Source: a virus. From it: DNA of 58,222 nucleotides. Of this stretch, positions 9,486-18,649 are shown piece by piece. How positions within the stretch are numbered: the stretch's first letter is position 1; each line of letters opens with the position of its first letter. Both the position numbers and the translations under genes were made by a program. The notes under the pieces are model-generated. The model was given only the letters and a program-made list of their open reading frames with translations. It did not search any database and was not told the DNA's origin. The stretch lies in the IMG/VR virus record IMGVR_UViG_3300011441_000010. One strand, given 5' to 3'.

Positions 9486-9857
9486 AGATCGACTAGGAGA
9501 GCGTCTGTGCAACTCGTCCGAATTCGGAGCGGCTGGAATAGACAGGGAAGCAAATGGTATCCGGGTTCTCCGCCTATGGCAGTGCTTATGGATGCGAAGA
9601 GGATCAGTCGGCATAGCGGAGAGAATTCGGTTGCCTCTTGGCTGGACCATTGCTACATGGCCGTGGATGAGGAGACGGGGGAGCAGGTCTGGGTGTCGGA
9701 GCCCTATAGCCTTGGTAATGATTTCCAAGATGATGCGAGTCTCCTCCGGCAGAGTGGATTCCGGGTGGACGTCAGTCCAGAGTTCCTTTCCTGGAGGCAT
9801 TCGAATCGTGCAATCGTGGTCGTTGTTCAGCGGGTAGCGGAGGGTAATGGCAAGTAG
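9471..9857 (+). CDS. hypothetical protein in a lower-GC island (start uncertain: 9471 or 9576)
   Basis: 128-aa ORF, no Shine-Dalgarno seen, composition atypical for the genome. Confidence 0.4.
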   Translation: MKPSLRSTRRASVQLVRIRSGWNRQGSKWYPGSPPMAVLMDAKRISRHSGENSVASWLDHCYMAVDEETGEQVWVSEPYSLGNDFQDDASLLRQSGFRVDVSPEFLSWRHSNRAIVVVVQRVAEGNGK

Positions 9858-9922
9858 GTAGCGTACAGTAATGGTTGCTGAGAGTAACTACAACGACAGT
9901 TCTAGAACTGTGGGGTATTGGT

Positions 9923-10198
9923 ATGGTTTACAGACCATCTGTCGGGGAGACGGAGTTTGGCGGAGTCGCCGGACCGTTCCCAGAGCAGCAGAGATTGGCG
10001 CCCTCGCTACAGCAGGAGATGTGGGCGGACTACGCCACTGATGAGGCGGGAGGGCAGGATGCCGATGGCGGCGACAAGTCCTCGCCGGAGTGGGGTGCGG
10101 ACAACATCGGCCGTCCGCGCGACTCGTTCAGCATCATGAGCCCGGAGCCGGACCTCTCGCAGGTTGCGCCCTGGAACGGTGAGGCGGAGGGCGAGTGA
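9923..10198 (+). CDS. acidic hypothetical protein (start 9875 or 9923)
   Basis: Tracked ORF 9875-10198. The stop overlaps the GTG start of dcd. Confidence 0.4.
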   Translation: MVYRPSVGETEFGGVAGPFPEQQRLAPSLQQEMWADYATDEAGGQDADGGDKSSPEWGADNIGRPRDSFSIMSPEPDLSQVAPWNGEAEGE

Positions 10199-10806
10199 CC
10201 ATACTCACCGACCGGACGCTGCTTATGGCACTGTCGCACAAGGCAATCGGCGTGTCGTCGCTCTCGGGCGGAGAGCGGCCGGGCGGAGTCGTCCAGCCTG
10301 CCTCGATCGACCTACATCTTGGGGAGCACCTGACTGGTTTCCCGCTCGCCGAGACTCCGATGGGCATCGCCGACCCGGAGAACCCTCCCATCATGGAGCC
10401 TCGCGCTTGGCGTCATGATGGGGACTTCGGGGACCACTACCTTCTGAAGTACGGCGAGATGGTGCTGGGGACCACCGAGGAACGCGTCATGATTACGCGC
10501 GGTTACATTGGCCAGATCGAGGGCCGCTCCTCGCTCGGGCGGCTCGGGCTCTTCGTCCACATCACGGCCGGGTACATCGATCCGGGATGGGGCAACCGAC
10601 ACGGACGCCTGGGCGGAGCGCCGATCACGTTGGAGTTGCTGAACATGGGACCCCATCAGATCGTGCTACGCCCGCGTATGCCCATCGCTCAGCTCGTGAT
10701 CCACTCGGGGAGCGCTCCGGCGGCTCTCGCGTACGGGCACGAGCGTCTGCACTCGAAGTACGCCGATTCCGGCGACACCGATGGCCCTATTGGCGCTCGC
10801 GCCTAG
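10195..10806 (+). CDS. dcd: dCTP deaminase (dUTPase-superfamily fold)
   Basis: VQPASIDLHLG, GEMVLGTTEERV, GQIEGRSSLGRLGLFVH and AGYIDPGWG are typical Dcd motifs. Confidence 0.8.
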   Translation: MTILTDRTLLMALSHKAIGVSSLSGGERPGGVVQPASIDLHLGEHLTGFPLAETPMGIADPENPPIMEPRAWRHDGDFGDHYLLKYGEMVLGTTEERVMITRGYIGQIEGRSSLGRLGLFVHITAGYIDPGWGNRHGRLGGAPITLELLNMGPHQIVLRPRMPIAQLVIHSGSAPAALAYGHERLHSKYADSGDTDGPIGARA

Positions 10807-10813
10807 GCTCTAT

Positions 10814-10850
10814 CCTTGGGCTCCGGGTACGCTATGCCTGGAGCCCAAGG
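10814..10850 (+). promoter_or_regulatory. 11-bp-stem hairpin whose 3' arm overlaps the Shine-Dalgarno of the next gene. It could also act as a terminator for the upstream block
   Basis: CCTTGGGCTCC (10814-10824) pairs with GGAGCCCAAGG (10840-10850). The SD AAGGAGGAGG is at 10847-10856 and the ATG at 10863. Confidence 0.55.
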
Positions 10851-10862
10851 AGGAGGCCAGAA

Positions 10863-11627
10863 ATGCCACCACGTAAGCGAGCACTCAAGGCGGTACCCAA
10901 TCCGCCCGAGGAGATCAAGCCCTACAAGCTAGGCAAGAACAAGGCCCACTATGCTGCCCAGCAGGAGCACCACCTGGGGCCGGATATGCCCCCGGGGCTA
11001 TACAAGGATTACCTGCCAACGGCGGCTGAGATCCCACCGAAGCCACGGACCGAACCGCAGATGGCGTTCCCCGGACCCGGCCATAGTCGGAAGGGCAACC
11101 CGGAGTGGCAGCTGTATACCACCTTCGACCCGGGAGATCCGTTCAAGGCCATCTCTCGGGAGTGGCGCGTTCGCTGGGTGCCCCAGGACGACCGACGCTG
11201 CGTAGCGCGGGGGATCGGGAAGACCTCCGCGTGGCAGGGCAACCGATGCACCCAGATGAAGATCAAGGGCGCTAACGTCTGTCGCTTCCACGGCGGAGCG
11301 CTCCCCAACGTCAAGAAGGCCGCGCAGGCTCGTCTAGCGATGGCTGCCCTACCGGCGGCTGAGGAACTCATCAACATCGCCCTGAAGAAGAAGGGCGTCA
11401 GCGACGCGGACCGGATCAAGGCCATCATCCAGATCCTGGACCGCGCAGGGGTCGAGGGCAAGCAGACTATCCAGGTGGAGCTTTCACTGTGGCAGAGGAC
11501 GCTACAGAGCGTCTACGCCCACAACCTGGCTGCTGAGGGCGAGGAACTCCCCGGGCGTGAGCTGGAGGAGGGCGTGGACTACGTGCTGGAGGATGACGAG
11601 GAGGCCGAAGATGGTAGCGGAGAGTAG
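10863..11627 (+). CDS. candidate terminase small subunit / DNA-binding protein with Cys-rich zinc-ribbon-like motif
   Basis: ATG 10863 after a strong SD. CVARG...C...CRFHGG motif, then a helical region AEELINIALKKKGVSDADRIKAIIQILDRAGV like small-terminase C-termini. It lies upstream of TerL. Confidence 0.45.
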   Translation: MPPRKRALKAVPNPPEEIKPYKLGKNKAHYAAQQEHHLGPDMPPGLYKDYLPTAAEIPPKPRTEPQMAFPGPGHSRKGNPEWQLYTTFDPGDPFKAISREWRVRWVPQDDRRCVARGIGKTSAWQGNRCTQMKIKGANVCRFHGGALPNVKKAAQARLAMAALPAAEELINIALKKKGVSDADRIKAIIQILDRAGVEGKQTIQVELSLWQRTLQSVYAHNLAAEGEELPGRELEEGVDYVLEDDEEAEDGSGE

Positions 11628-11943
11628 CGAGTTGCCAGAGGTAGCGGAGCGTAACCAGCCTGGGGGCGAGGCAGAGCTCACCCTGGAGGGCGGAGACTGC
11701 CGCGTTACGGTGCGCGGCCCCGAGCGCGCTAGCGAGGAGCCCAACGAGTGGGCCAAGGCGCTCCTGTCCGCGTACGACGTCTGGCGGCAGATGTACGCCA
11801 CGGTCCACGCCGGTCGCCTGGAGGAGATCCGGGCGGAGCAGAGCGGTCCAGTCGTGTCCGGCTCGGCTGGCTTCATCCAGGAGAGCTCACCCGAGCGCCG
11901 GAACCAATCGCTTCCGGGCGGAACGGGGGCACGGCCGGTATGA
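11611..11943 (+). CDS. hypothetical protein
   Basis: ATG 11611 in-frame in tracked ORF 11557-11943. The stop overlaps the next start. Confidence 0.5.
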   Translation: MVAESSELPEVAERNQPGGEAELTLEGGDCRVTVRGPERASEEPNEWAKALLSAYDVWRQMYATVHAGRLEEIRAEQSGPVVSGSAGFIQESSPERRNQSLPGGTGARPV

Positions 11944-12131
11944 AGGGCGTGGTGGTGGAGATCCCGAATGCCACGATAGAGATGGAGTTCTCTCCGGCCG
12001 AGGATGAGCATGATCGGGATTTGCTCACCTTCCGGTTCCATAACGAGGAGGGGCAGCACTGCTTGGTCCGGATCGCTAGCCCCCGGCTTCTGATCCTCGA
12101 TGACGGCCAAGAGCTGGAATACCCATCATGA
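11940..12131 (+). CDS. hypothetical protein (63 aa)
   Basis: ATG 11940 (MKGVVVEIPN...), ATGA overlaps on both sides. Confidence 0.5.
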   Translation: MKGVVVEIPNATIEMEFSPAEDEHDRDLLTFRFHNEEGQHCLVRIASPRLLILDDGQELEYPS

Positions 12132-13729
12132 CCGCTGCCATTACCGCGCTGGAGGAGGGGTTCCGGCGAGCGCTGAGATGGACGCCCCACCCGGTCCAGG
12201 CGGAGGTGCTCCGATCGAGCGCGCGTAACCGGGTGCTCGCCGGAGGCCGACGTGTCGGGAAGAGTCAGACCGGCGGCCACGTCCTCATCCCGAAGGCATT
12301 CCAGGCGCTAGGCGAGCGCTCCATGCTGGAGGACAAGGGAATGCGACGCCAGTACTGGTGTGTAGGGCCGGAGTACAGCGACGCGGAGAAGGAGTTCCGC
12401 GTGCTCTACAACGGCTTGAAGCGGCTTGGGGTCGACTTCGACAAGCCGGGTACCTACAACAACCCGCACACCGGCGACATGCACATCTCGCTCTGGGGCG
12501 GGCTCTACATGGTGGATGCCCTCTCCGCCAAGTACCCCGACACCCTTGTCGGCGAAGGGCTCTCGGGGGTAGTCCTCTCAGAGGCCGCCAAGCTGAAGCC
12601 CACCGTCTGGCCAAAGTACATCCGGCCGACCCTCGCTGACTACGGAGGGTTCTCCTACATGGGGTCGACTCCGGAGGGTAAGAACTGGTTCTATCGGGCC
12701 TGGCAGGCCGGGCAGGACCCCCTCAAGCCGGACTGGGCCTCATGGCGCGTCCCGAGTTGGGCTAATCCCCATGTATACAAGGACATGCAGGCATTCGGCC
12801 TGGACGCCGACTACGCGATCCGGGCTATGCAGAAGATGGTCCGCTCTCGGGTCCTGCCGGATACGCTCCCGACTACCGACCCCATGGGGAATGCTCTGCG
12901 CTCCTTCGGGGCGGCTCCGGGCCAGGACTGGCAGAGTGTAGGGAAAGCGCTGGGGATCGACCCGGAGGCGGTCTCGCTCATGCTCGACCTCTCGGAGGAG
13001 CTGTTCAACCAGGAGGTAGCGGCCCTCTTCAACGAGTTCGTTGGTCGCGTCTTCAAGGAGTTTGACGAGGAGATCCATGTCACCGACCTCCAGTATGACC
13101 CAACCTGGACCACGTATGCCTGCCTCGACTATGGTTTTACTAACCCATTCGTGTGGCTGCTGGTACAGGTTGACCCACACCGAACCAACATTCGCATCCT
13201 CGCCGAATACTATGAGGTCGGCAAATCTACGGAGGAGGCAGGGGCCGAGATCGTTGCGCGTGGCCTGGCGCCGCAGTCCCTGGTGCGCTTCTTTCCGGAC
13301 CCGGCCGAACCGGATCGATCGGTACAGCTTGCGAATCTGCTACAGGTCCGTAGCGCAGGCGGTACTGGCGGACCTCTTGCAGACCGTCTGGAATGGATCC
13401 GTCGCAAACTCCGGCCCGCAGACGAGGTCGCTCACCTATCGATGGACCACGCGGAGTGGGTGCCGCAGCTCCAGATAGACCGCCGTTGCAAGGACACCAT
13501 CCGCGAGTTCAACGCCTACCGCTACCCGAAGAGCGCGGAGGAGGCTGCCGAGAGCGGTCAGAACATCCCCGAGGCACCGCTGAAGAAGGACGACCATTCT
13601 TGTGAAGCACTCGGCAGGTTCATGGTAGGTATGTTTGGATCTCCATGGGCTCTCGGCGATGCACCCGCGAGGCAGAGCACCGCTCGCGTTGGGCGGAGTG
13701 CCAGGACACGTCGGCCACCAGGCCGGTAG
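12128..13729 (+). CDS. terminase large subunit
   Basis: 533 aa. Walker A-like LAGGRRVGKSQTG, an acidic Walker B region, a C-terminal nuclease-like half, and a position upstream of portal. Confidence 0.85.
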   Translation: MTAAITALEEGFRRALRWTPHPVQAEVLRSSARNRVLAGGRRVGKSQTGGHVLIPKAFQALGERSMLEDKGMRRQYWCVGPEYSDAEKEFRVLYNGLKRLGVDFDKPGTYNNPHTGDMHISLWGGLYMVDALSAKYPDTLVGEGLSGVVLSEAAKLKPTVWPKYIRPTLADYGGFSYMGSTPEGKNWFYRAWQAGQDPLKPDWASWRVPSWANPHVYKDMQAFGLDADYAIRAMQKMVRSRVLPDTLPTTDPMGNALRSFGAAPGQDWQSVGKALGIDPEAVSLMLDLSEELFNQEVAALFNEFVGRVFKEFDEEIHVTDLQYDPTWTTYACLDYGFTNPFVWLLVQVDPHRTNIRILAEYYEVGKSTEEAGAEIVARGLAPQSLVRFFPDPAEPDRSVQLANLLQVRSAGGTGGPLADRLEWIRRKLRPADEVAHLSMDHAEWVPQLQIDRRCKDTIREFNAYRYPKSAEEAAESGQNIPEAPLKKDDHSCEALGRFMVGMFGSPWALGDAPARQSTARVGRSARTRRPPGR

Positions 13730-13766
13730 GCTAGGCCAACATCACGAGGAGGGCGGGAAGCCAGCC

Positions 13767-15320
13767 ATGGCTAGCGATAACAAGTACAACTCCGTGATCG
13801 GATATCTGGGGTCTCCGCTCCCAACATGGGTCACGGAGGCCGACGACCAGAGGCGTGTCGCGGCCTACGATGGCTATGACGCCATGTATAAGAACGTTCC
13901 GGGCACCTTCATCATCCGGAACGGGGTCGACGTCCCCATCTACATCCCGGGCGCTCGCCGAATCGTGGAGGCGACCAACCGATACCTCGGGCGGGGCTGG
14001 ACCTGGGCCGTGCAGAGCGTCAACCCGGACGCCGGTACGGCCGACTCGCAGACGGCGGAGCTTATGTTGGCTCTCAACACGCTGTTCATCCGCGAGGAGT
14101 TCAAGTCCAAGTTCTTCAGCCTGAAGCGCCACATGCTCCAGCGTGGTGACGCGATCTTCCACATCACAGCCAACCTGGGAGCGCTCGCGGGCTCCCGGCT
14201 CGTGATCTCGGAGCCGCATCCCCGGAACTACTTCCAGATCCTGGCAGACGGCTCTGATGACGCGGTCATCGGGTGCTACCTCGCCGACATGATCCTGGCG
14301 GACGACGGCAAGACGTCCGTGGTGCGGCGTATGGAGTACCGGTACGACCCGGCCGGGACCGGCAAGGTGTTCGCCCGCCTGACGTTCTGGGAGCCGGGCG
14401 GCTGGGATGACCGGTTCGTGGACTCGCCCGCCCTCAAGCCCGTCAACACGCCGATCGCCTACACAGGTCCGGCGAACGCCCAGCTGCTCACGGGCTACAT
14501 GCTGCCCGACTCGGTCCGGACGATCCCGGTGTACCTGTTCCGGAATCACCGGGAGGGTGGTGAACCCTTTGGTACGTCCCAGATTGCTGGGGTCGAGACG
14601 CTGATTGGGGCCGTCAACAACACGGTCTCGGACGCTGACATCACCCTGGCGTTGCAGGGCCTGGGGGTCTACGTCACCGACTCGGCGCGGCCGGTCGGCG
14701 ATGACGGGGTGTCGGAGGCGGAGTGGATCGTTGCCCCGGGCACCGTCATCGAGGTCAAGACTGGCGCGAAGTTCGATCGGGTGCAGGGGATCGGCTCTAC
14801 CGCACCGTTCCAGGAGCACCTCGGGTACCTGGACGACTCCATCGAGAAGAGCGCGGGGCTCTCGGCTACGGCCGTTGGCAACGTGGACGCGTCGGTGGCC
14901 GCGTCCGGGGTCGCGCTCCGGCTCGACATGGCGCCGATCCTGGCGCAGAACGAGGAGAAGGAGGTGGAGCTGCTCGGTCGGCTGGACCAGATGTTCTTCG
15001 ACATCGTGACGATGTGGCTCCCGGTCGATGGGACGACGGTGCCGCCCGGCCTAATGGTGACGAACTCCTTCGGCGACCCCCTGCCCAAGGATCGCCAGGG
15101 GGTCATCGCCGAGATGGTGGCGTTGGTCGGTGCCGGGATCGTCTCCAAGGCGTTTGCGGTGGAGTACCTCGGGAAGGAGTTGGGATACCAGTTCCCGGAG
15201 ACGATGCTGGATGAGGCGTTGGCCGAGGCAGCCCTGACCGACCCTGCAGGTGACCGCATTGGCCAGGAGGCGGCTGGAGGGGGTGAAGTCGCCCCTCCGG
15301 GTACCCTCCCGCCCGCATAA
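13767..15320 (+). CDS. portal protein
   Basis: ATG 13767 after GAGGAGGG. ~518 aa, immediately after TerL and before the MuF-like gene. Confidence 0.8.
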   Translation: MASDNKYNSVIGYLGSPLPTWVTEADDQRRVAAYDGYDAMYKNVPGTFIIRNGVDVPIYIPGARRIVEATNRYLGRGWTWAVQSVNPDAGTADSQTAELMLALNTLFIREEFKSKFFSLKRHMLQRGDAIFHITANLGALAGSRLVISEPHPRNYFQILADGSDDAVIGCYLADMILADDGKTSVVRRMEYRYDPAGTGKVFARLTFWEPGGWDDRFVDSPALKPVNTPIAYTGPANAQLLTGYMLPDSVRTIPVYLFRNHREGGEPFGTSQIAGVETLIGAVNNTVSDADITLALQGLGVYVTDSARPVGDDGVSEAEWIVAPGTVIEVKTGAKFDRVQGIGSTAPFQEHLGYLDDSIEKSAGLSATAVGNVDASVAASGVALRLDMAPILAQNEEKEVELLGRLDQMFFDIVTMWLPVDGTTVPPGLMVTNSFGDPLPKDRQGVIAEMVALVGAGIVSKAFAVEYLGKELGYQFPETMLDEALAEAALTDPAGDRIGQEAAGGGEVAPPGTLPPA

Positions 15321-15351
15321 CGCCTTAGAAACCATCTGAGAGGGTTCTCCC

Positions 15352-17271
15352 GTGGCGCTTACCGCCCCGACCCCGCAGGACTGGCGTACCCAGCAGGCGA
15401 TCGTCCTTCAGCAGGCCGACGCAGCGGTCATCCGTCTGCTCAAGCGGGCCCAGCGCGACATCAATGCCCAACTCCGCGAGATCCGGAGCCGTCCGGCCGG
15501 GATCGGGCGGGATGTCCGCGAGGCACAGCTACAGCTCGTCCGGCGGAACCTCTCCGAGCAGCTGGGCAAGACCTGGCGCGAGTTGGGCAACCTCGTGGAG
15601 GCAAGGCGGGCGGAGGCGGTAGCGCGGGCGATCAACTATCAGAAGCAGCTCGACACGTTCAAGCTGTTGGGGGCCAACGTTCCCGGGGGCTCCGACATCG
15701 CGGAGAACATCGCTCGGGCGGAGGCGTTCCAATCCTCGCAGGGGATTGACCGGATGATGGCCCGGACGACCGGTGCGAGCTACGTTCCGCTGAGTCGCCG
15801 GGTCTACAACTCCAACGTAGGCATCAACTCCCAGGTCGACCGGATGATCAACTCCGCGCTCGCTCGGGGATTGTCGGTCGATGAGTTCGCCCGGGAACTC
15901 CAGCCCTTCATAGACCCCAACACCCCCGGGGGCATACGCTACGCAGCGCTACGGCTCGCCCGGAGCGAGATCAACAACGCGGCTCATGCTCAGGCGGTCT
16001 CTTCGGTGCAGGGGCAACCCTGGATCAAGAAGATGAAGTGGAACCGCTCGAAGAGCCACCCTCGACGGGACATCTGCGACACGATCGCGGAGGGTGGGCC
16101 GTACGGGGATGGAACCTATGACAAGACGGCCGTTCCCGTGAAGCCGCATCCGCAGTGCTTCTGCTTCCCAACGGCAGTGGACGAGGAGTCTGACGATGAC
16201 TTCCTAGACTCGCTCGTGGGCGGGGAGTTCGATGACTACCTGGACGCCAACTCTCCGCAGGAAGACGGCTCTCCGCCCAACCCAGTTTCGACCCCCGTAG
16301 CGCCTCCTCCGGCCCCAACGCCGGTTACCCCAACCCAGCCCCCACGTCCGGGGGCTAGCAGGCCTACGCCCACGATCCTGACGGACGAGGAGCGAGCGCG
16401 ACGCAAGCGCGAGCAGATCGATGAGGCCAAGGCCATGATCGCGGCCGGGAAGACCCTCCCGGAGGTCACGGCGGAGTTGAAGCGGAAGCACAAGCTACCG
16501 AACTCTCAGGCGCTGCTCATCTGGCAACAGGCTAACCGGGAGCACAAGGAGGAGCAGGCTCGTAACGCGCTCAGCGCTCGCCCCGCCCGGGTTACCACCA
16601 GTACCGCCCCTACGCCTTGGCCGGAGCAGGATGACCGGTCTATTGCGGCGATCGTCACGCTGCCCCCAAGCGGAGCGCGGGATGAGGTGATGCGCGAGCT
16701 ACGGCGCCAGAATGCCTTGGTTCCCAACACTTTGGCAGAGCTGGTATCTGTCGGTATGGCTACGCATGCCGATCGGGTCCGGGTTCGCTCGATGGATTCG
16801 CTCGCCTGGTACCAGCCCTGGGATCGCCGGATATTCCTGGGCAACGACATCTTCTCGGACCGGTATGAGAACCAGGTCTGGACGATGGAGCGTAACACCA
16901 ACTGGTGCTCGCGAACCGGACACAGCCATTCGGGCGGACAAGCGGTGCTAGCGCACGAGTTTGGCCACCACGTACACAACATGCTCGACCGGATGCCCTA
17001 CGGGGACCGCCGGACGTTCTACCATGCGGTTGCGAATGCGCTTGGAATCCAGCCGCCGGTGGCGATCTCGGATGCGAACCTTGAGGAGTGGATGACCCTA
17101 AACAAGTACGCGATCATCAACCAGGTCTCCAAGTACGGGGCGACGAGCATCCAGGAGATGATGGCTGAGGTCTGGCAGGAGTACAGCACGAGCGGGGATG
17201 GCTCCAGACCGGCTATTCTGGCTATTGGCAAGCTAATGCAGGACCTCGCCGAGAGGGGCGCTGGAAGATGA
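15352..17271 (+). CDS. MuF-like (SPP1 gp7 family) head morphogenesis protein fused to a C-terminal HEXXH metallopeptidase-like domain
   Basis: The MuF core ends with KPHPQCFCF. It is followed by a Pro-rich linker and then a ~300-aa C-terminal region with AHEFGHHVH and a downstream EMMAEVWQEY. Confidence 0.8.
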   Translation: MALTAPTPQDWRTQQAIVLQQADAAVIRLLKRAQRDINAQLREIRSRPAGIGRDVREAQLQLVRRNLSEQLGKTWRELGNLVEARRAEAVARAINYQKQLDTFKLLGANVPGGSDIAENIARAEAFQSSQGIDRMMARTTGASYVPLSRRVYNSNVGINSQVDRMINSALARGLSVDEFARELQPFIDPNTPGGIRYAALRLARSEINNAAHAQAVSSVQGQPWIKKMKWNRSKSHPRRDICDTIAEGGPYGDGTYDKTAVPVKPHPQCFCFPTAVDEESDDDFLDSLVGGEFDDYLDANSPQEDGSPPNPVSTPVAPPPAPTPVTPTQPPRPGASRPTPTILTDEERARRKREQIDEAKAMIAAGKTLPEVTAELKRKHKLPNSQALLIWQQANREHKEEQARNALSARPARVTTSTAPTPWPEQDDRSIAAIVTLPPSGARDEVMRELRRQNALVPNTLAELVSVGMATHADRVRVRSMDSLAWYQPWDRRIFLGNDIFSDRYENQVWTMERNTNWCSRTGHSHSGGQAVLAHEFGHHVHNMLDRMPYGDRRTFYHAVANALGIQPPVAISDANLEEWMTLNKYAIINQVSKYGATSIQEMMAEVWQEYSTSGDGSRPAILAIGKLMQDLAERGAGR

Positions 17272-17480
17272 ACAGCAGGACGCCGAGTATGTGCCGGGCA
17301 TGCGAGCGCTTCTCGGGCGGAGTGTGCCAGGCGTACCCGGATGGGATTCCATCGGCTGTCATCTTCTTCGGCGAGCCGCACGTGGTCCCGCGCGAGGGGG
17401 ATCACGGGCTACAGTTCAAGCAGGGCAACAGCGAAGAGCAAGTCCAGGCGTTCGAAGACTGGCAGACCACCTTCGGATAG
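17268..17480 (+). CDS. small Cys-containing protein
   Basis: 70 aa, MCRACERFSGGVCQAYPDGIP, ATGA overlap with the MuF-like gene. Confidence 0.55.
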   Translation: MNSRTPSMCRACERFSGGVCQAYPDGIPSAVIFFGEPHVVPREGDHGLQFKQGNSEEQVQAFEDWQTTFG

Positions 17481-17516
17481 GCTTGGCGGCGTCAGGTAAC
17501 CTAGCGAGGAGACAGC

Positions 17517-18167
17517 ATGACCCAGCCAGCGGACACCACCGGACAGAGCGCCGGTGCAGGTGGACAGAGCGCCACCGGAACCGAAGGCACCGCAACGGGG
17601 ACAGGGACGACCACCGCGACCGGTCAGAGCACCGGAACGGAGGCCACGGCGACGGCACCAGCGATGGTGACGCAGGCCGAGTTCGATGCCCTGAAGCGTC
17701 AGCTCCAAGCAGCAGACCAGAACAAGGCCAAAGCGGAGGCGGAAGCCAAGGCGCTCAAGGACGCACAGCTGTCCGCCGACGAGAAGGTCAAGCAGGACCT
17801 GAAGGAGGCCCAGGAGACGCTCGCCAAGCGCGAGGCCGATCTGCGGGCCGCCCAGATCCAGAACGCCTTCGTCACCGACAACACCTACCAGTGGCACGAC
17901 CCCAAGGCCGCGCTGAAGCTCGCCGACCTCACCGGCGTCACGATCGAGGGCGAGACCGTCAAGGGTCTCAAGGAAGCGCTGAAGGCAGTCGCCGACGCGT
18001 TCCCCTTCATGGTGAAGCCGAAGGAGGAGACCGCCGGAGCGACCGACACCACGACCGCAGGATCCACCGGAGTCACCGGTCAGGGTTCCGCCGCTAGCCG
18101 GACCGGAGCGACCAACCTGGAGGACTTGAAGAAGCGATTCCCGGCCATGCGCGGGCGGGTCAGCTAA
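17517..18167 (+). CDS. capsid scaffolding protein
   Basis: 216 aa with a T/G/A-rich N-terminus then coiled coil. It lies between the MuF-like and capsid genes. Confidence 0.65.
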   Translation: MTQPADTTGQSAGAGGQSATGTEGTATGTGTTTATGQSTGTEATATAPAMVTQAEFDALKRQLQAADQNKAKAEAEAKALKDAQLSADEKVKQDLKEAQETLAKREADLRAAQIQNAFVTDNTYQWHDPKAALKLADLTGVTIEGETVKGLKEALKAVADAFPFMVKPKEETAGATDTTTAGSTGVTGQGSAASRTGATNLEDLKKRFPAMRGRVS

Positions 18168-18209
18168 CCTTCATACGACACAACAACAACGCCCTGAAGG
18201 GGGTGACTT

Positions 18210-18632
18210 ATGGCACAGACCCAGTTTGGCCGTTTCGACAAGTACGACGGCATGGTGGGTGGCTTCCGGGCTCCCCTCAACGCGGCGTTGAGCGCCACCG
18301 GCGACGACACCGGCAAGATCCAGGCAGTCTGGATCAACACATCCGGCCGAGTCGTGATCGGCGGCTTGACCTCCGAGAATGCCACGATCGGCGTGATCTG
18401 CCCGACGCGAGTCATGGGAGCCAACGAGTCCATCGACGTCATGACGTCCGGCGAGATCGTGGGGGCCGTGAAGACGGCCGGAACCGCGTGGGCCGCTGGC
18501 GACATCGTCACGGCAGCCCTCACCGGAGCCGTCGGCTCCACCGCAGTCGGCGCAGGCTTCAAGGCCGTCGGCAAGATGCTCACGACCACACACATGGTCG
18601 TTCGCTGCCCGATCCCAACGACTTCGATCTGA
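18210..18632 (+). CDS. small head-module protein, possibly a decoration-type (DUF2190-like) protein
   Basis: 140 aa, G/A/V/T-rich beta-type sequence, sited between scaffold and major capsid. Confidence 0.4.
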   Translation: MAQTQFGRFDKYDGMVGGFRAPLNAALSATGDDTGKIQAVWINTSGRVVIGGLTSENATIGVICPTRVMGANESIDVMTSGEIVGAVKTAGTAWAAGDIVTAALTGAVGSTAVGAGFKAVGKMLTTTHMVVRCPIPTTSI

Positions 18633-18649
18633 GTTAGGAGGGAATCCCA

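Noticed and set aside
13731-14819. 362-aa minus-strand ORF antisense to the portal gene. Similar cases: 24454-25632, 37239-38438, 49663-50931, 3869-4792, 52120-52911
   Set aside because: All are antisense to plus-strand genes with recognisable motifs. The products are Arg/Gly/Pro/Val-rich shadow translations. The whole genome is otherwise transcribed in one direction.
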